From positions 1 to 64,000 of the forward strand of contig CBDAOB010000004.1 of NCBI GenBank assembly GCA_965197905.1: a DNA stretch of 64,000 nt, in the 5' to 3' direction. The notes beneath the pieces were generated by a model that saw only the letters and a program-made list of their open reading frames with translations, was not told where the DNA came from and searched no databases. A program made the position numbers and the translations under genes. Source of the stretch: Candidatus Latescibacterota bacterium (GTDB lineage: Bacteria > Latescibacterota > UBA2968 > UBA8231). Below, one piece after another: positions 38,683 through 48,519 of this stretch (its first letter is position 1; the number at the start of each line of letters is the position of its first letter).

Positions 38683-39378
38683 ATGAGAATTGAACCCGAA
38701 ATCGCGGGTGTCACGGTTGTCATGTGTGGCCAGTTCAATCCTGCGATTTTTACACCTGCGTGGTTCGGATGGCATGGGCTTCTTTCCGAAAAGCTGGTCG
38801 ACAGCGCAGATCTGAAAATCAACCATCCTCAGATTGCAGAATTTAATGCGGATTGGCTCAATATGCACGTCGTTCTCGGCCGCTTTTTGATTGGCACGGA
38901 CCAGTCACCCGTTGTTCGCCTGCGGGACCTAGCTATCCGAATTTTTCGAGAGCATCTTCCCCATACACCCCTTAACGCCATGGGGATCAACCGAGAAGTA
39001 CGCCTTCCTATGGAGAGCATTAGCGAGCGAGATCGGCTCGGCAGGTTACTGGCGCCTGTCGAGCCATGGGGAGATTGGGGAAAGAAACTGGAACCGGATG
39101 GGAATCATGGCGGCATGACCTCCCTCACTATGAGCCAAGTAAATCCGGAAGGCAGACCGCCGGGCGGGCAAATAAACGTGCAGGTGGAACCATACACCCA
39201 GATCGACCAAGGCCGTCTCGGCGTTATCGTTCGGGTCAATGACCACTATACCAATGAGAATGTAGAGAGCCGGATGGGAACCAGCAAAATCGTCGAGCTG
39301 CTAGAGGAGAATTTTGACGAATCTCTGCGGCGTGCGGACGAAATCATCAATCACATTATGTCCTTAACGGAGAAATAA
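38683..39378 (+). CDS. Hypothetical protein (TIGR04255-like, tentative)
   Basis: 231-aa ORF; VVMCGQFNPAIFTPAW N-terminus, AMGIN, VNDHY. Confidence 0.7.
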   Translation: MRIEPEIAGVTVVMCGQFNPAIFTPAWFGWHGLLSEKLVDSADLKINHPQIAEFNADWLNMHVVLGRFLIGTDQSPVVRLRDLAIRIFREHLPHTPLNAMGINREVRLPMESISERDRLGRLLAPVEPWGDWGKKLEPDGNHGGMTSLTMSQVNPEGRPPGGQINVQVEPYTQIDQGRLGVIVRVNDHYTNENVESRMGTSKIVELLEENFDESLRRADEIINHIMSLTEK

Positions 39379-39380
39379 GA

Positions 39381-39992
39381 ATGTCGGAAGTTGCATTCGT
39401 CACTACAGACATCAGACTTCAGGATTCATCAGGCGTCAACGAGAATTCGAGCGCATTTAGAAACCCTGACCAACGACTTTGGGAAGGATATGCGGACCGG
39501 GTCGCGGCTGCACTACAACAACGCCGAGACTCGGCAATGCTCGACACTGAGATCGTGGCGACTGCTATTGAGGATCTCCCGGCATCAACTGGGATCGGGT
39601 CCGATGTTGGCGCAATCATTGATTTACCTGACCCGACTAAAGTTTCGCGGACTGTGCCCCAGGCCAGTTTTCATCCGCTTCAGGAGTGGGAAGGGTATGT
39701 CATAGAAATGGGAAGAGACGACTTCACGGCGCGGCTGTTGGATTTAACCGCCGGTTCCTCGCAGGAAGAGGAAGAAGCCGTCTTTCCTTTGGCCGAAATT
39801 TCAGAAGACGATCTCAAACGCCTGCGCCTCGGCAGCATTTTTCGCTGGGTTATCGGCTACGAGCGTTCCGCGAGCGGAACTAAGCGGCGTGTCTCCCAGA
39901 TCGTTTTCCGCGACCTTCCTGTCGTGACCAAACAGGATATAGCCGAGGCCGAGGAACGGGCAAGGAAGACCGCTCAGTTATGGGCGGACTAA
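39381..39992 (+). CDS. Hypothetical protein with C-terminal beta-rich domain
   Basis: 203-aa ORF 2 bp after the upstream stop; LQEWEGYV..FTARLLDLT..EIS.DD...G.IFRWVIGY. Confidence 0.7.
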   Translation: MSEVAFVTTDIRLQDSSGVNENSSAFRNPDQRLWEGYADRVAAALQQRRDSAMLDTEIVATAIEDLPASTGIGSDVGAIIDLPDPTKVSRTVPQASFHPLQEWEGYVIEMGRDDFTARLLDLTAGSSQEEEEAVFPLAEISEDDLKRLRLGSIFRWVIGYERSASGTKRRVSQIVFRDLPVVTKQDIAEAEERARKTAQLWAD

Positions 39993-41065
39993 CTACCCGC
40001 GGAGTTCCGCCTAAACACAATGTGATGGAAGTGACCCTTGTCGGCCCTGGTTACGGAGAGTGCATACTCCTTCATATAGGGAACGGAGGTTGGGTAATTG
40101 TCGATTCCTGTCTTGATGCAGAGTCTCGCCCGGCAGCGTTGACTTACTTCCATGACATGGGATTGAATCCTTCTGAAGTCGTTCGCTTCATAGTTGCCAC
40201 TCACTGGCATGACGACCATATACGCGGCATGGGAGAGTTGGTCGAGGTCTGCAACGATGCGACTTTCTGTTGTGCAAGTGCCTTTCGTAAACAGGAATTC
40301 CTCGCGATTATGGACGCTATAGCAAGTCGTCCTATGTCCCAAGTTGGCTCTGGAATTCAGGAACTCTACAAGGTCCGGTCGCTCCTTGAGGAGAAGTCTG
40401 CCAAGCCTGTATTTGCCATAGCCAATCGTAGAATATTTAGGCGGGATAGTTGCGAGATCTGGTCCCTCTCGCCTTTCGACAAGGAAGTTGAGAGGTTCTT
40501 ACAGGAAATAGACTGCCTCCGGCCACAGGAACGCGAAACAAAAAGGCGTACTCCTACCTTGACCCCTAACAAGGTTGCGGTCGTTTTATTAATCAAGGTC
40601 GGCTATACGGCGATTCTCCTCGGTTCCGATCTTGAGGGGCGCGGCTGGTTGGAAATACTCGCTGCCCACGAACGGCCGAATTGCAAAGCCTCAGTTTTCA
40701 AGGTTCCACATCATGGTTCCCAAAATGCTCATGAGGATCGAGTATGGAGAGAGATGCTGCATAGTCAACCAATAGTGACACTAACTCCGTGGAAAAAAGG
40801 TGGACGGAGTTTGCCGACGGAGAGCGATGTAAGACGTATTTTCTCGTTTACCCGAAAGGCTTACGCGACTGCAGCGCTCGATATTTCCAGTCGCAAACCC
40901 GCTCGGAGCAGGAATAGAACAGTAGAGAAGACTATCCGGGAAACTAGCAAAAGGATCAGGCACGTAGCTCCGCCTCCCGGAATGATCCGTCTGCGCCGGC
41001 AGTTCGGTTCACAACCCGATTGGGATATTGAGACGTTTACACCGGCATGTCAATTGACGGATTAG
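39980..41065 (+). CDS. Metallo-beta-lactamase-fold hydrolase (ComEC/Rec2-like)
   Basis: GYGECILL, IVDSC, THWHDDH (HxHxDH), LLGSD, KVPHHGS. Confidence 0.88.
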   Translation: MGGLTTRGVPPKHNVMEVTLVGPGYGECILLHIGNGGWVIVDSCLDAESRPAALTYFHDMGLNPSEVVRFIVATHWHDDHIRGMGELVEVCNDATFCCASAFRKQEFLAIMDAIASRPMSQVGSGIQELYKVRSLLEEKSAKPVFAIANRRIFRRDSCEIWSLSPFDKEVERFLQEIDCLRPQERETKRRTPTLTPNKVAVVLLIKVGYTAILLGSDLEGRGWLEILAAHERPNCKASVFKVPHHGSQNAHEDRVWREMLHSQPIVTLTPWKKGGRSLPTESDVRRIFSFTRKAYATAALDISSRKPARSRNRTVEKTIRETSKRIRHVAPPPGMIRLRRQFGSQPDWDIETFTPACQLTD

Positions 41066-41325
41066 CGAATGATCTACGTTCAAAATTGTCAGCAGAAAGG
41101 CTCCATTGTGGGAGGAACCAACCGGTCGGCGGAGAGGTCGCGCCCTTTCGTATCGTATGTGAGGGGGTCAGAACACTCTTCAGTCTATAACCGCGGGGCT
41201 AAGTTAGAGCAGATTCGGAACGTTCTGGCGGTCGAACTCCGTGATGCGCTCCTCAAAAATCTGCCGGATGCACAAAAAGACGTGTGGGGCGAATAGAGGG
41301 CCTGCTCGAAAAGGAGATGAGACAA

Positions 41326-41489
41326 TGAAGCAAGAGGAAAAGAGTACTCAACCGCCCAAAAGGGGACGTCCGCCAACGCGGATAATCAAGCTGGATGCCA
41401 CCCCGGAGGAAGTAGCCCGCGCCATCTTTGCCGGGGCCAAAAAGCCCGACCCCGCCAAGCGCAAGCAGCCTTCCCCGCAAACACCCTGA
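41326..41489 (+). CDS. Small basic protein
   Basis: ggag RBS; MKQEEK..KRGRP..IKLDATPEEVARAIF. Confidence 0.5.
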
Positions 41490-42194
41490 TTTTGATTCAG
41501 GGTGGCAACTAATCTTTATAATTCCCCTATTTTTCCCTCCTCCTGGGCCATTTGACAGTACTTGTCGAGAATGGGCTTAGCTTTCTTCTTTCGCCTATTG
41601 GTGAGCTGTCCGCTTCTCTGATCAATCCGCTCTGCGAAGTCATTCATAACGCGCTCCATGGCCTGCTGCTCCGGGGCGTTGTCGAGAGCGTCAACAGGTG
41701 GGAAATTGCTTTTGAGTACATCGTCGATCTCGTCAGCCAAGTACTGGCGGGTGTCGTCGTCGGTGTTGGCTATGCAATCGGCCAAGACTCTCAGCATCCG
41801 CCGACAGGCTACAGAATTGGGATTCGAAAAGGATTTGCTCGTAGAGCTCCCAGCGGTCGAGCACCAACTTCCGTACGGTCAGCGTGACCGGCTGCTTGCC
41901 TACGCGACATCGCCAACGGGCAATGCAAACTCGCCACTTGGTGCGCCCTGCCGCATGTCACGTGCAAACTCTCATTTTCGCCCTATCCGAATCTCCGACC
42001 GCAGATCCTTGACGGCCTCGCCCATTTTTCCGCTCTTTGCAAAAGTCCAGTTATTAAAGACGTTCCTAGTTGAAAATTTTGAACTTGGTTGTCCAGCATC
42101 ATTGATAGGTCCAGAGGGAGGCTTTGAATTTGCCCGCGTGTATCGTGTGGAATGTTGGCTTGCTCTGCCTGCCTCAGTTTCCACAGTTTTCGGC

Positions 42195-42283
42195 GGAGAT
42201 AGTCTGGTGTCCAGAATTCCGACGATTTCCATCAGTGCGCGCCGCCCGTCAGGGTGTGCAAAACTGAAATCTGGGATAAACAC
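42195..42283 (-). pseudogene. DUF790-like nuclease fragment
   Basis: VFIPDFSFAHPDGRRALMEIVG(I/F)W resembles the DUF790 C-terminal PD-(D/E)XK core (from recall). Confidence 0.45.
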
Positions 42284-42339
42284 CGGTGGCCGTCATCGCG
42301 TGGCCCCCGGCGCTGTCGTCCGGTTTTTGCCGAGCTGGA

Positions 42340-44118
42340 TTAAACGGACGGATTTGCGTCCGCAGAGCCGCTGACCGTCCGCCGAGGTACCCCGGCGGAC
42401 GCTGCGGACGGTATGGACGGTTGCGCCCCGCCCTCCTCTGGACCTGGGAAGGCCCCTTCGGCGGAGGTGATGTGAATGGTTCTGGTGCGCCCCCGGCCTT
42501 CCCTGGTGTAATGGATCTCGATGCCGGTCTTGCGCAGGAAGGCAGCGGCCCGCCGCAGGCGGTCGGAGAGCGCGCGTGGGCTGCCGGGCCAAGTCCTGGA
42601 CTTGGCGGCCCGCTCGCCAGCCGCTTGTGCCAGGATATCCAGAAGCTGCGTTGCCGTGCCCGTCCACTGCGTCCGTCGCACCATCACGGCGCGCACGGCG
42701 GCGGCCACCGGGTCGGCCTCAATGACGTTTTCGACCACCTTGTCGCGATTGCCGCCGTAGGCCGACCAGAAGGTGCCGGCGGGCCAGAGAGCCCGTTCAC
42801 AGGCCGTTGCCCACAGCCCGAAATCCGCCATGCGGGGCAGCCCTTCCAGCTGGGTCTGTGGCAACCTCCTCAGGCCTTGCACCACGGCGTCGAGCAGCCC
42901 ACCCAGGATACGGGGCCGCTCGGCGTCGAAGGCGGCCCACAGTTCCGCCTCGGGCCGGCGGCATGCCTCGGGGATGGCCTCCAGGGTCAGGAACACGGCC
43001 CGGTCGGCCAGATCCGGCCGCCCGACGATGTCCTCGATGCCGTTGAGGATCACCGGCCGGGTGGCGTCGAACAGCACTTCGTCCTGGTCGGTGTAGAGCT
43101 GTCGCACGGCGAAGCCGCCGCCGGTCGCCAGACGGCAGAGCGTGTCGGAGATCCACGACGGCAGGGCTGAGACGTTGTCGAAGGCCAGCACATGCCCGTT
43201 AGTGGCGGCGATGAACAGGTCGCGGTCTTGGCGCGGCAAGGCCCGTAAGGGCGCGGTGTTGGGATCAAGCAGGGCGCGGAGGATCGCTGCGAAGGTGGAT
43301 TTCGCCGAACCCTGCTCCCCCGACAGGACGATCACCGGATAGGGGCCGCGAGGGCGCAAGACCGCCAGCGCCCAGGCGATCACCAGTACGAAATCGGCGT
43401 CGGACCGGAGGTTGAGGAAGGAACGCAGCGTCTCGACGGATCCACCCGGTACCGGCATCGGCAAGGGCTGCATCCCGGCGGCGCGGCGGAAGCGCACCGG
43501 CGGATCGTCGATCACGCGCCAGCCGGCGGCGTCGATTTCGACCGCGCGCCAAGCGTCATCCCCGAGGTCGAGATAAAGCCGCCCGCCCAGACCGCCGACA
43601 CGGATGCAGACCGACCGTTCCGGTCCGTCGAAATGCGCCTTGGCCTCCGCCACGTTGAGCGTGGCTTGCAGCGCCTCCGAACTGGGCGCGCCGCCCGTGG
43701 TCTCGAAGAACTGCCGCGCCAGCCAGCGGCGGAAGCCTTTGGTCCGGACCGGCCAAGTCTCGCGATGGCCGTTGATGTTGATATCGGCGACGGCCGCCCC
43801 GTCCGCCGAATGGAAGAGGTCGGCCGCGCCCAAGAGGTTGATTAGGACATCGGCCTGTGTCGGTCTCCGGCCCCTAGCGCCCGTTTCCTCGGCGATGGCC
43901 TCGTCGAGGGCCGTCACCCGGCAGCCCGCTTGCTTGAGACGCGCGCGCAACGCCTCGAAGGCGGCGCGGTCCTTCTTGCTCAGCGCCGCGAGCCGCTCCA
44001 GCACGTCCGCCTCGAAGGCCGCGCCAGGATCGGTCGCCGCCTTTTCGACCAGACCGTCCAGCGGGTCGGGGAAGTCCTCGGCGGCATCGATCGCAGCGGC
44101 TATCGGGGTCTCGGACAC
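42340..44118 (-). CDS. Primase-associated P-loop ATPase/helicase of an integrative element
   Basis: PYPVIVLSGEQGSAKST Walker A, LAFDNVS, RQLYTD, ILNGI, DLADR, PRMADF. Confidence 0.85.
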   Translation of the reverse strand: MSETPIAAAIDAAEDFPDPLDGLVEKAATDPGAAFEADVLERLAALSKKDRAAFEALRARLKQAGCRVTALDEAIAEETGARGRRPTQADVLINLLGAADLFHSADGAAVADININGHRETWPVRTKGFRRWLARQFFETTGGAPSSEALQATLNVAEAKAHFDGPERSVCIRVGGLGGRLYLDLGDDAWRAVEIDAAGWRVIDDPPVRFRRAAGMQPLPMPVPGGSVETLRSFLNLRSDADFVLVIAWALAVLRPRGPYPVIVLSGEQGSAKSTFAAILRALLDPNTAPLRALPRQDRDLFIAATNGHVLAFDNVSALPSWISDTLCRLATGGGFAVRQLYTDQDEVLFDATRPVILNGIEDIVGRPDLADRAVFLTLEAIPEACRRPEAELWAAFDAERPRILGGLLDAVVQGLRRLPQTQLEGLPRMADFGLWATACERALWPAGTFWSAYGGNRDKVVENVIEADPVAAAVRAVMVRRTQWTGTATQLLDILAQAAGERAAKSRTWPGSPRALSDRLRRAAAFLRKTGIEIHYTREGRGRTRTIHITSAEGAFPGPEEGGAQPSIPSAASAGVPRRTVSGSADANPSV

Positions 44119-44134
44119 GTCTCATAATCCCCGT

Positions 44135-45028
44135 TCATTCCGCGCCCTCCGGGAGGTGGCGGGCGCAGCCGGTCAGGAGGTCGTTGAAGTCCATGCCGCG
44201 CGGCGGGCGCGCGATGCGCACGCGGTGGCCGTCTCGTGTCCAGTGCCTGGCACCCTCCCGCGCCGCCGCTTCGCCGGCATCGTCGCCATCGGCCAGCACG
44301 ATCACCTCGCGGCATGTGCGGGGAAGATCGAGGGCCCGCAGGCCGGTGGTCGAAAGGGCCGCCCAGGCCGGTCGGCCCGTTGCCTGCATGGCGGCGAGGC
44401 AGGTCTCGATGCCTTCGCCGACCATGAGCACGTCGCCGGGCGCGGCAAGCCGGACGGCGCCCCCAGCGCACGGGCCGAGCATCATCTTTGACGGATCGAC
44501 CGGTGCCTTGCCGGCGCCGGTCCGGCCCAGGAAGGTTCGGTGGATGGCCAGCGGCTGGTCGTCGCTCCCGCGCGTCACCAGTGCGACCATCGCCGGCCAG
44601 ACGGTGCCCGAGGGATGCTTCAGCCCGGCATGAAAGCGCAGCGTCGGCGGGGGTGCGGCATTCAGGCCGCGCGTGGCGAGATAGGTCTCGACCGGCGTTC
44701 CGTCCGCCGGCCTCGCAGACTGCCAGATCGAGAGCGCGGCTTCGGTTCGCCTGGCGGGATCACGATCCAGGCGTTCCGTGACCACGGCCCGCCCCGCAGG
44801 GCGATGGGAACGGTGCGGCGCGCCCGCCGGCCAGAGGCCGTGCGTGCGCAGGGCTGCGATAACCTGGCGTTGACTGCAGCCAGCATGGCAGCGGACCAGC
44901 ACTTGGCCGTTGGCCCCGTCACGGATCGATAGGCTGGGGTCCCGATCGTCGTGGGCTGGGCAGCGGGCCATCCAACCCCCGCCTGCGCGCCGGCCGCCGA
45001 GGGCCTTCGCCAGGGTATCAGCCGTCAC
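44135..45028 (-). CDS. Zn-finger + Toprim DNA primase-like protein
   Basis: CPAHDD..PSLS, CHAGC, GEGIET, IVLADGDDAG, DFND; gaggagg RBS before GTG 45028. Confidence 0.88.
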   Translation of the reverse strand: MTADTLAKALGGRRAGGGWMARCPAHDDRDPSLSIRDGANGQVLVRCHAGCSQRQVIAALRTHGLWPAGAPHRSHRPAGRAVVTERLDRDPARRTEAALSIWQSARPADGTPVETYLATRGLNAAPPPTLRFHAGLKHPSGTVWPAMVALVTRGSDDQPLAIHRTFLGRTGAGKAPVDPSKMMLGPCAGGAVRLAAPGDVLMVGEGIETCLAAMQATGRPAWAALSTTGLRALDLPRTCREVIVLADGDDAGEAAAREGARHWTRDGHRVRIARPPRGMDFNDLLTGCARHLPEGAE

Positions 45029-45358
45029 CGCGTCGCCTCCTCTTCGAAGCCGCTCGGGCCGTGCCCGCACATGGGCTGCCGTTCCAGCGCCGGTAAGATC
45101 CGGCAAAAATGTTGTTCCGTCGGTCCTCGCGGCGATGTTTCTCCACAATGGACCTGAGGGCGTACTCGATGCAAGCAAGGGTCGGCCGGTTTTGCCGGAG
45201 GGCCGCGTTGCATCGCGTATGACCGTCCCGGATCAGTCCCTCCCTCGTACTCAACACCGGTGCAGCGCAAGGTGCTGCGTGTGAAAAGGTCTGGCGAACC
45301 TTCGAGGCCGCGACGGGACCGCAGATTTCGCGGTCAGCGGGACGGTCTGGCGTGGTGG

Positions 45359-45580
45359 TCACGACGGCTGGCCGGTCAACTTTTGGCGCGGCGCCTCGCG
45401 GCTGGCCTCGATCTGCCTTGTCAGCCACGCATCCACTTCCGCCTCGATCCAGCCGACGGCGCGGCCGCCGAGGGATACGGGCCGGGGGAAGCGGCCTTCG
45501 GAAATGCGCAGATAGATCGTGCTGCGGGAAAGGCCGGTGCGGGCCTTGACGGCGGGAAGTCGGAGTATGCGGTGTGTCAT
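45359..45580 (-). CDS. alpA: AlpA-family regulator/excisionase
   Basis: ILRLPAVKARTGLSRSTIY..ISEGRFPRPVSLGGRAVGWIEAEVDAW. Confidence 0.95.
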   Translation of the reverse strand: MTHRILRLPAVKARTGLSRSTIYLRISEGRFPRPVSLGGRAVGWIEAEVDAWLTRQIEASREAPRQKLTGQPS

Positions 45581-45819
45581 TCTTCATCCCTCGCGAAATG
45601 ATTGGGGGCACGTCGAGCAACAAGGTAGGTGGGCGCTTTGGGCACGAAAAGCGCCCGTCAGGCCCGCGCCCGGTGTGAGCAACTCGAAGCAGCCCAGCGG
45701 GTTACCACGTCGAGGGCGTGATTTTCAAGGCGGAAACCTTCGCGCGCATACGGACGAACTCTTGAAAAATCAACGGCTTACAGGCGGGTGAGTTGGGCGA
45801 AAAAATTCCGCCCAACTTT

Positions 45820-46608
45820 TTATGGCTGCAGCTGCTTGCGGATAGTTTCGGCGGCCCGGCCGCGGGCGACTTCCATGTTGGCAATTCGTCGTGAATACCA
45901 GACATCGGACATGTGCGGGCGCGTCTTTTTCAGTGCCCGATACGCCTTGCGCCAGCTCTGGCGCCGGGCCGCGGTCTCCAGCTTCCGCACCTCGCGCCGG
46001 GCCTGGCCGGGGGTGTAGCGGGCATCCCCCGTGGTGGAAGCGTCCACCAGTTGCCGGATCAGCCCGGCGTCGAGGGTATAGCGCCCGTCGGCGAATTGGA
46101 AGGCCTCCGCCAGTGGAATGCGGCTCGATCCCGCCACCAGCGCCAGTTCACCGTCACACCGAAGACCTAGCATCTGGGTGCGCTTGTTCCCGGTCGCCAT
46201 GCCGATCTCCAGCAGGCGTTCGTTGTCCTGCCTTTTGCCGCTGAATCGCAGAGACAGACTGTCGGCGATGAATCGGGCGACGGCAGGGGTGCTGGCCTGC
46301 CATTGCGTCAACCGGGCGGGCGGGATGTCCACGCGGTTTATGTCGCTGCGTTTGTCGCACACCACGAACAGCGCCGGATCGCCCGGGGGGGCGGGAATCG
46401 TGTGCACCGGCATCACACATTGCTGCTCGCAGCCTGGACACACCGTGCTGGAAGCAGGCCGCGCCGTGCGGATGATCTTTTGCGCCTTCAGCGCCGCTAC
46501 CGCCTCATCCGACCAGTGAGCCAGTGCGTGCGAGTCGATCCGGACAGCGTGGCTCGGGGAGGCGCCCACGCCGTCAAGGAGTTCGAACAGGGCGGCTTTC
46601 AGCGTCAT
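45820..46608 (-). CDS. Hypothetical protein with Cys cluster and C-terminal HTH-like tail
   Basis: 262-aa ORF; CPGCEQQC..C; 3 bp downstream of the upstream gene's stop. Confidence 0.75.
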   Translation of the reverse strand: MTLKAALFELLDGVGASPSHAVRIDSHALAHWSDEAVAALKAQKIIRTARPASSTVCPGCEQQCVMPVHTIPAPPGDPALFVVCDKRSDINRVDIPPARLTQWQASTPAVARFIADSLSLRFSGKRQDNERLLEIGMATGNKRTQMLGLRCDGELALVAGSSRIPLAEAFQFADGRYTLDAGLIRQLVDASTTGDARYTPGQARREVRKLETAARRQSWRKAYRALKKTRPHMSDVWYSRRIANMEVARGRAAETIRKQLQP

Positions 46609-46611
46609 GCC

Positions 46612-47805
46612 TCAGCCTCTTTGCGACGGTTCCTTGAGTTCGATGCCCGAGGCTTCCAGCATCGCCCGCAGCTTCAGATCCTGCGCGTCGTACTTGAGCG
46701 AGCAGGAATTGGGGTAGGTCAGGCGAACCGGCACCTTCCGGGCCGGGTTCCCCGCATCCATCGCCACCACAGCCGCCAGCTCCACCTGAGTGACGCTGTA
46801 GCGGTGCAGAGGGGTGGACTCGCCGACCTTCTCCAGCAGGTCGTAGACCGCATCGGGATGGGTGGAGGCATCCGCTTCCACCGTGATCCGGTCTCCCCTT
46901 CTCACCCGCGAAGACAACCGCAGTTTCCTCACCGCCACTTCTTCGATCCCGCTGCCCACGTCGTAAACGAACTCGAATTCCCTCTGGCGTAGCGGATTGA
47001 GATCGTAGACCCGCTGGTCCGTGGGAGCGGGCGGCAGTCGCAGTTTCAGAATCGCCGTCGCGAACATCTCCTGCAACGGTTCCACGGCCCGGTAGGGACC
47101 GCGAAAGTTCACGTCAAGCGAGCCTTCCTGCTGCGAGTAGACGAAGATCACCTCGAAGGCGGGATTGTGCGGCCGCCGGTCGAACGCTCCATTCACCCAT
47201 TCGATCTGTTGCTGCGAGTAGTCTTCGGGATAGGCGAAGAAGTAATCCAGCTCGTTTCGGCGAAAGGCTTCCACCACACAGTTGTTGCCCCGGCCTTCGG
47301 TGTGGTGGAAGTAGGCGCGGATCAGAGTGGCAAGCTGCTCGAGGCTGGCCGTGTCCACTGCCGCCGGTTGGTGGCCCAGATGCTTGCGCTTGCGCCAGTA
47401 GGGCAGCACATCGGCGTGATAGAACCGCGTAGCGCCCCGCCAGAAGTCCGGGTAATCCATGGAGGTGACCATGGCCCGATGGTAGTGGTTGGGCAGCGCC
47501 GACAACGTTTCGACGAAAGCGGTCAACGCATCGAGGGCATCCCGCCACTGCCAGCGCGCTTCGTCGAGAATGGCCCAGACGCCCTTCTCGCAGCTCATCT
47601 CGAAGATCTCTCGAAACTCGGCGTCCATCGCGTTGCGTTGCTCCTCGGGCAGCTCCAGCCAAGCCCTGAACAACTCGTCCGGTCGGGTTTCCTTCATGGT
47701 CGCGAAGTCCAGCTCGCCAAACAGCGCCTGGCCCTCGAAGTAGCGGGCCAGCAGATCATTCGGAATCTGCCGGAAGAAGCTCCGAGTCGAGTAGTGACGG
47801 GCCAT
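46612..47805 (-). CDS. Hypothetical protein (~397 aa)
   Basis: Long ORF with natural composition (MARHYSTRSFFRQ...EGRGNNC...PNSCSLK), operonic with 45820-46608. Confidence 0.8.
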   Translation of the reverse strand: MARHYSTRSFFRQIPNDLLARYFEGQALFGELDFATMKETRPDELFRAWLELPEEQRNAMDAEFREIFEMSCEKGVWAILDEARWQWRDALDALTAFVETLSALPNHYHRAMVTSMDYPDFWRGATRFYHADVLPYWRKRKHLGHQPAAVDTASLEQLATLIRAYFHHTEGRGNNCVVEAFRRNELDYFFAYPEDYSQQQIEWVNGAFDRRPHNPAFEVIFVYSQQEGSLDVNFRGPYRAVEPLQEMFATAILKLRLPPAPTDQRVYDLNPLRQREFEFVYDVGSGIEEVAVRKLRLSSRVRRGDRITVEADASTHPDAVYDLLEKVGESTPLHRYSVTQVELAAVVAMDAGNPARKVPVRLTYPNSCSLKYDAQDLKLRAMLEASGIELKEPSQRG

Positions 47806-48074
47806 CGCTCTATGCTCCAACCGTTTCGTTCTGAAATCCCCAAGAGGGTGTAGGAGGTTTTACGGTCTTCCAACACCACTGAACGGGTTCAGAACAACAG
47901 GCCGGAGACCATTGCCTGACGCGGCGCGCAACGGAGAAACCCGGTTTAATGGGTTCGGGGAAATGCGCCGAAAGGCGGTGGGGGAGAGCCGCCGGGCTCG
48001 ATCTTGTAAAGGGCTAACCTGGCCCTTCTCGTCCAACACATCGAGCCCGCCCCCAAGCAGATTTGCGGTATTCC

Positions 48075-48300
48075 AGAGTTCCGTGGCAGCATCTCCTCGT
48101 AGACGGCAGAGATTGGATGTGGCAGCGGCAAGATGATACGTGGTGGTGATGGCGACGTAGGGCTCGAAAAGCCAAGCGCAAGTTAAGGTTACTCCAGTAT
48201 GCCTCTGAAACCCGTCGCCGTAGTTCCGCCGTCACCGTCGAAGAACCAAGGACGGCCCATTTCCACTAATGTCAAGCGATGGCTCGTCGTCTCTATACCG
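48075..48300 (-). pseudogene. Degraded N-terminal fragment of an SNF2-type helicase
   Basis: GRPWFFDGDG / RVSEAY / PLPHPISAVYEEMLPR in shifting frames; resembles the pre-Walker A region of RM-associated SNF2 helicases (from recall). Confidence 0.55.
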
Positions 48301-48519
48301 ACGTGTCGACGCCGGACGCAGCGAGGCCGGTCAAGCGGGCTCCTATGCTGAGATCCTCAATTCGAGCCCTCAGTATTCCCGGGTATACGGGTGGGCGTCC
48401 TGCTCGCCTCGGACGCGATCCAAGCATGCCGCTCTCCATACGGAACCGCACCTTGAGCACGCAGGACTCGGCACTGGCCGTCATCCGTGACCACCGGTTC
48501 CGGTCTCATCCATGACGGG

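Noticed and set aside
41516..41970. 93-aa ORF and adjacent sequence as a real gene
   Set aside because: Appears to be a fragment cut at the transposon-end-like motif; no recognisable family.
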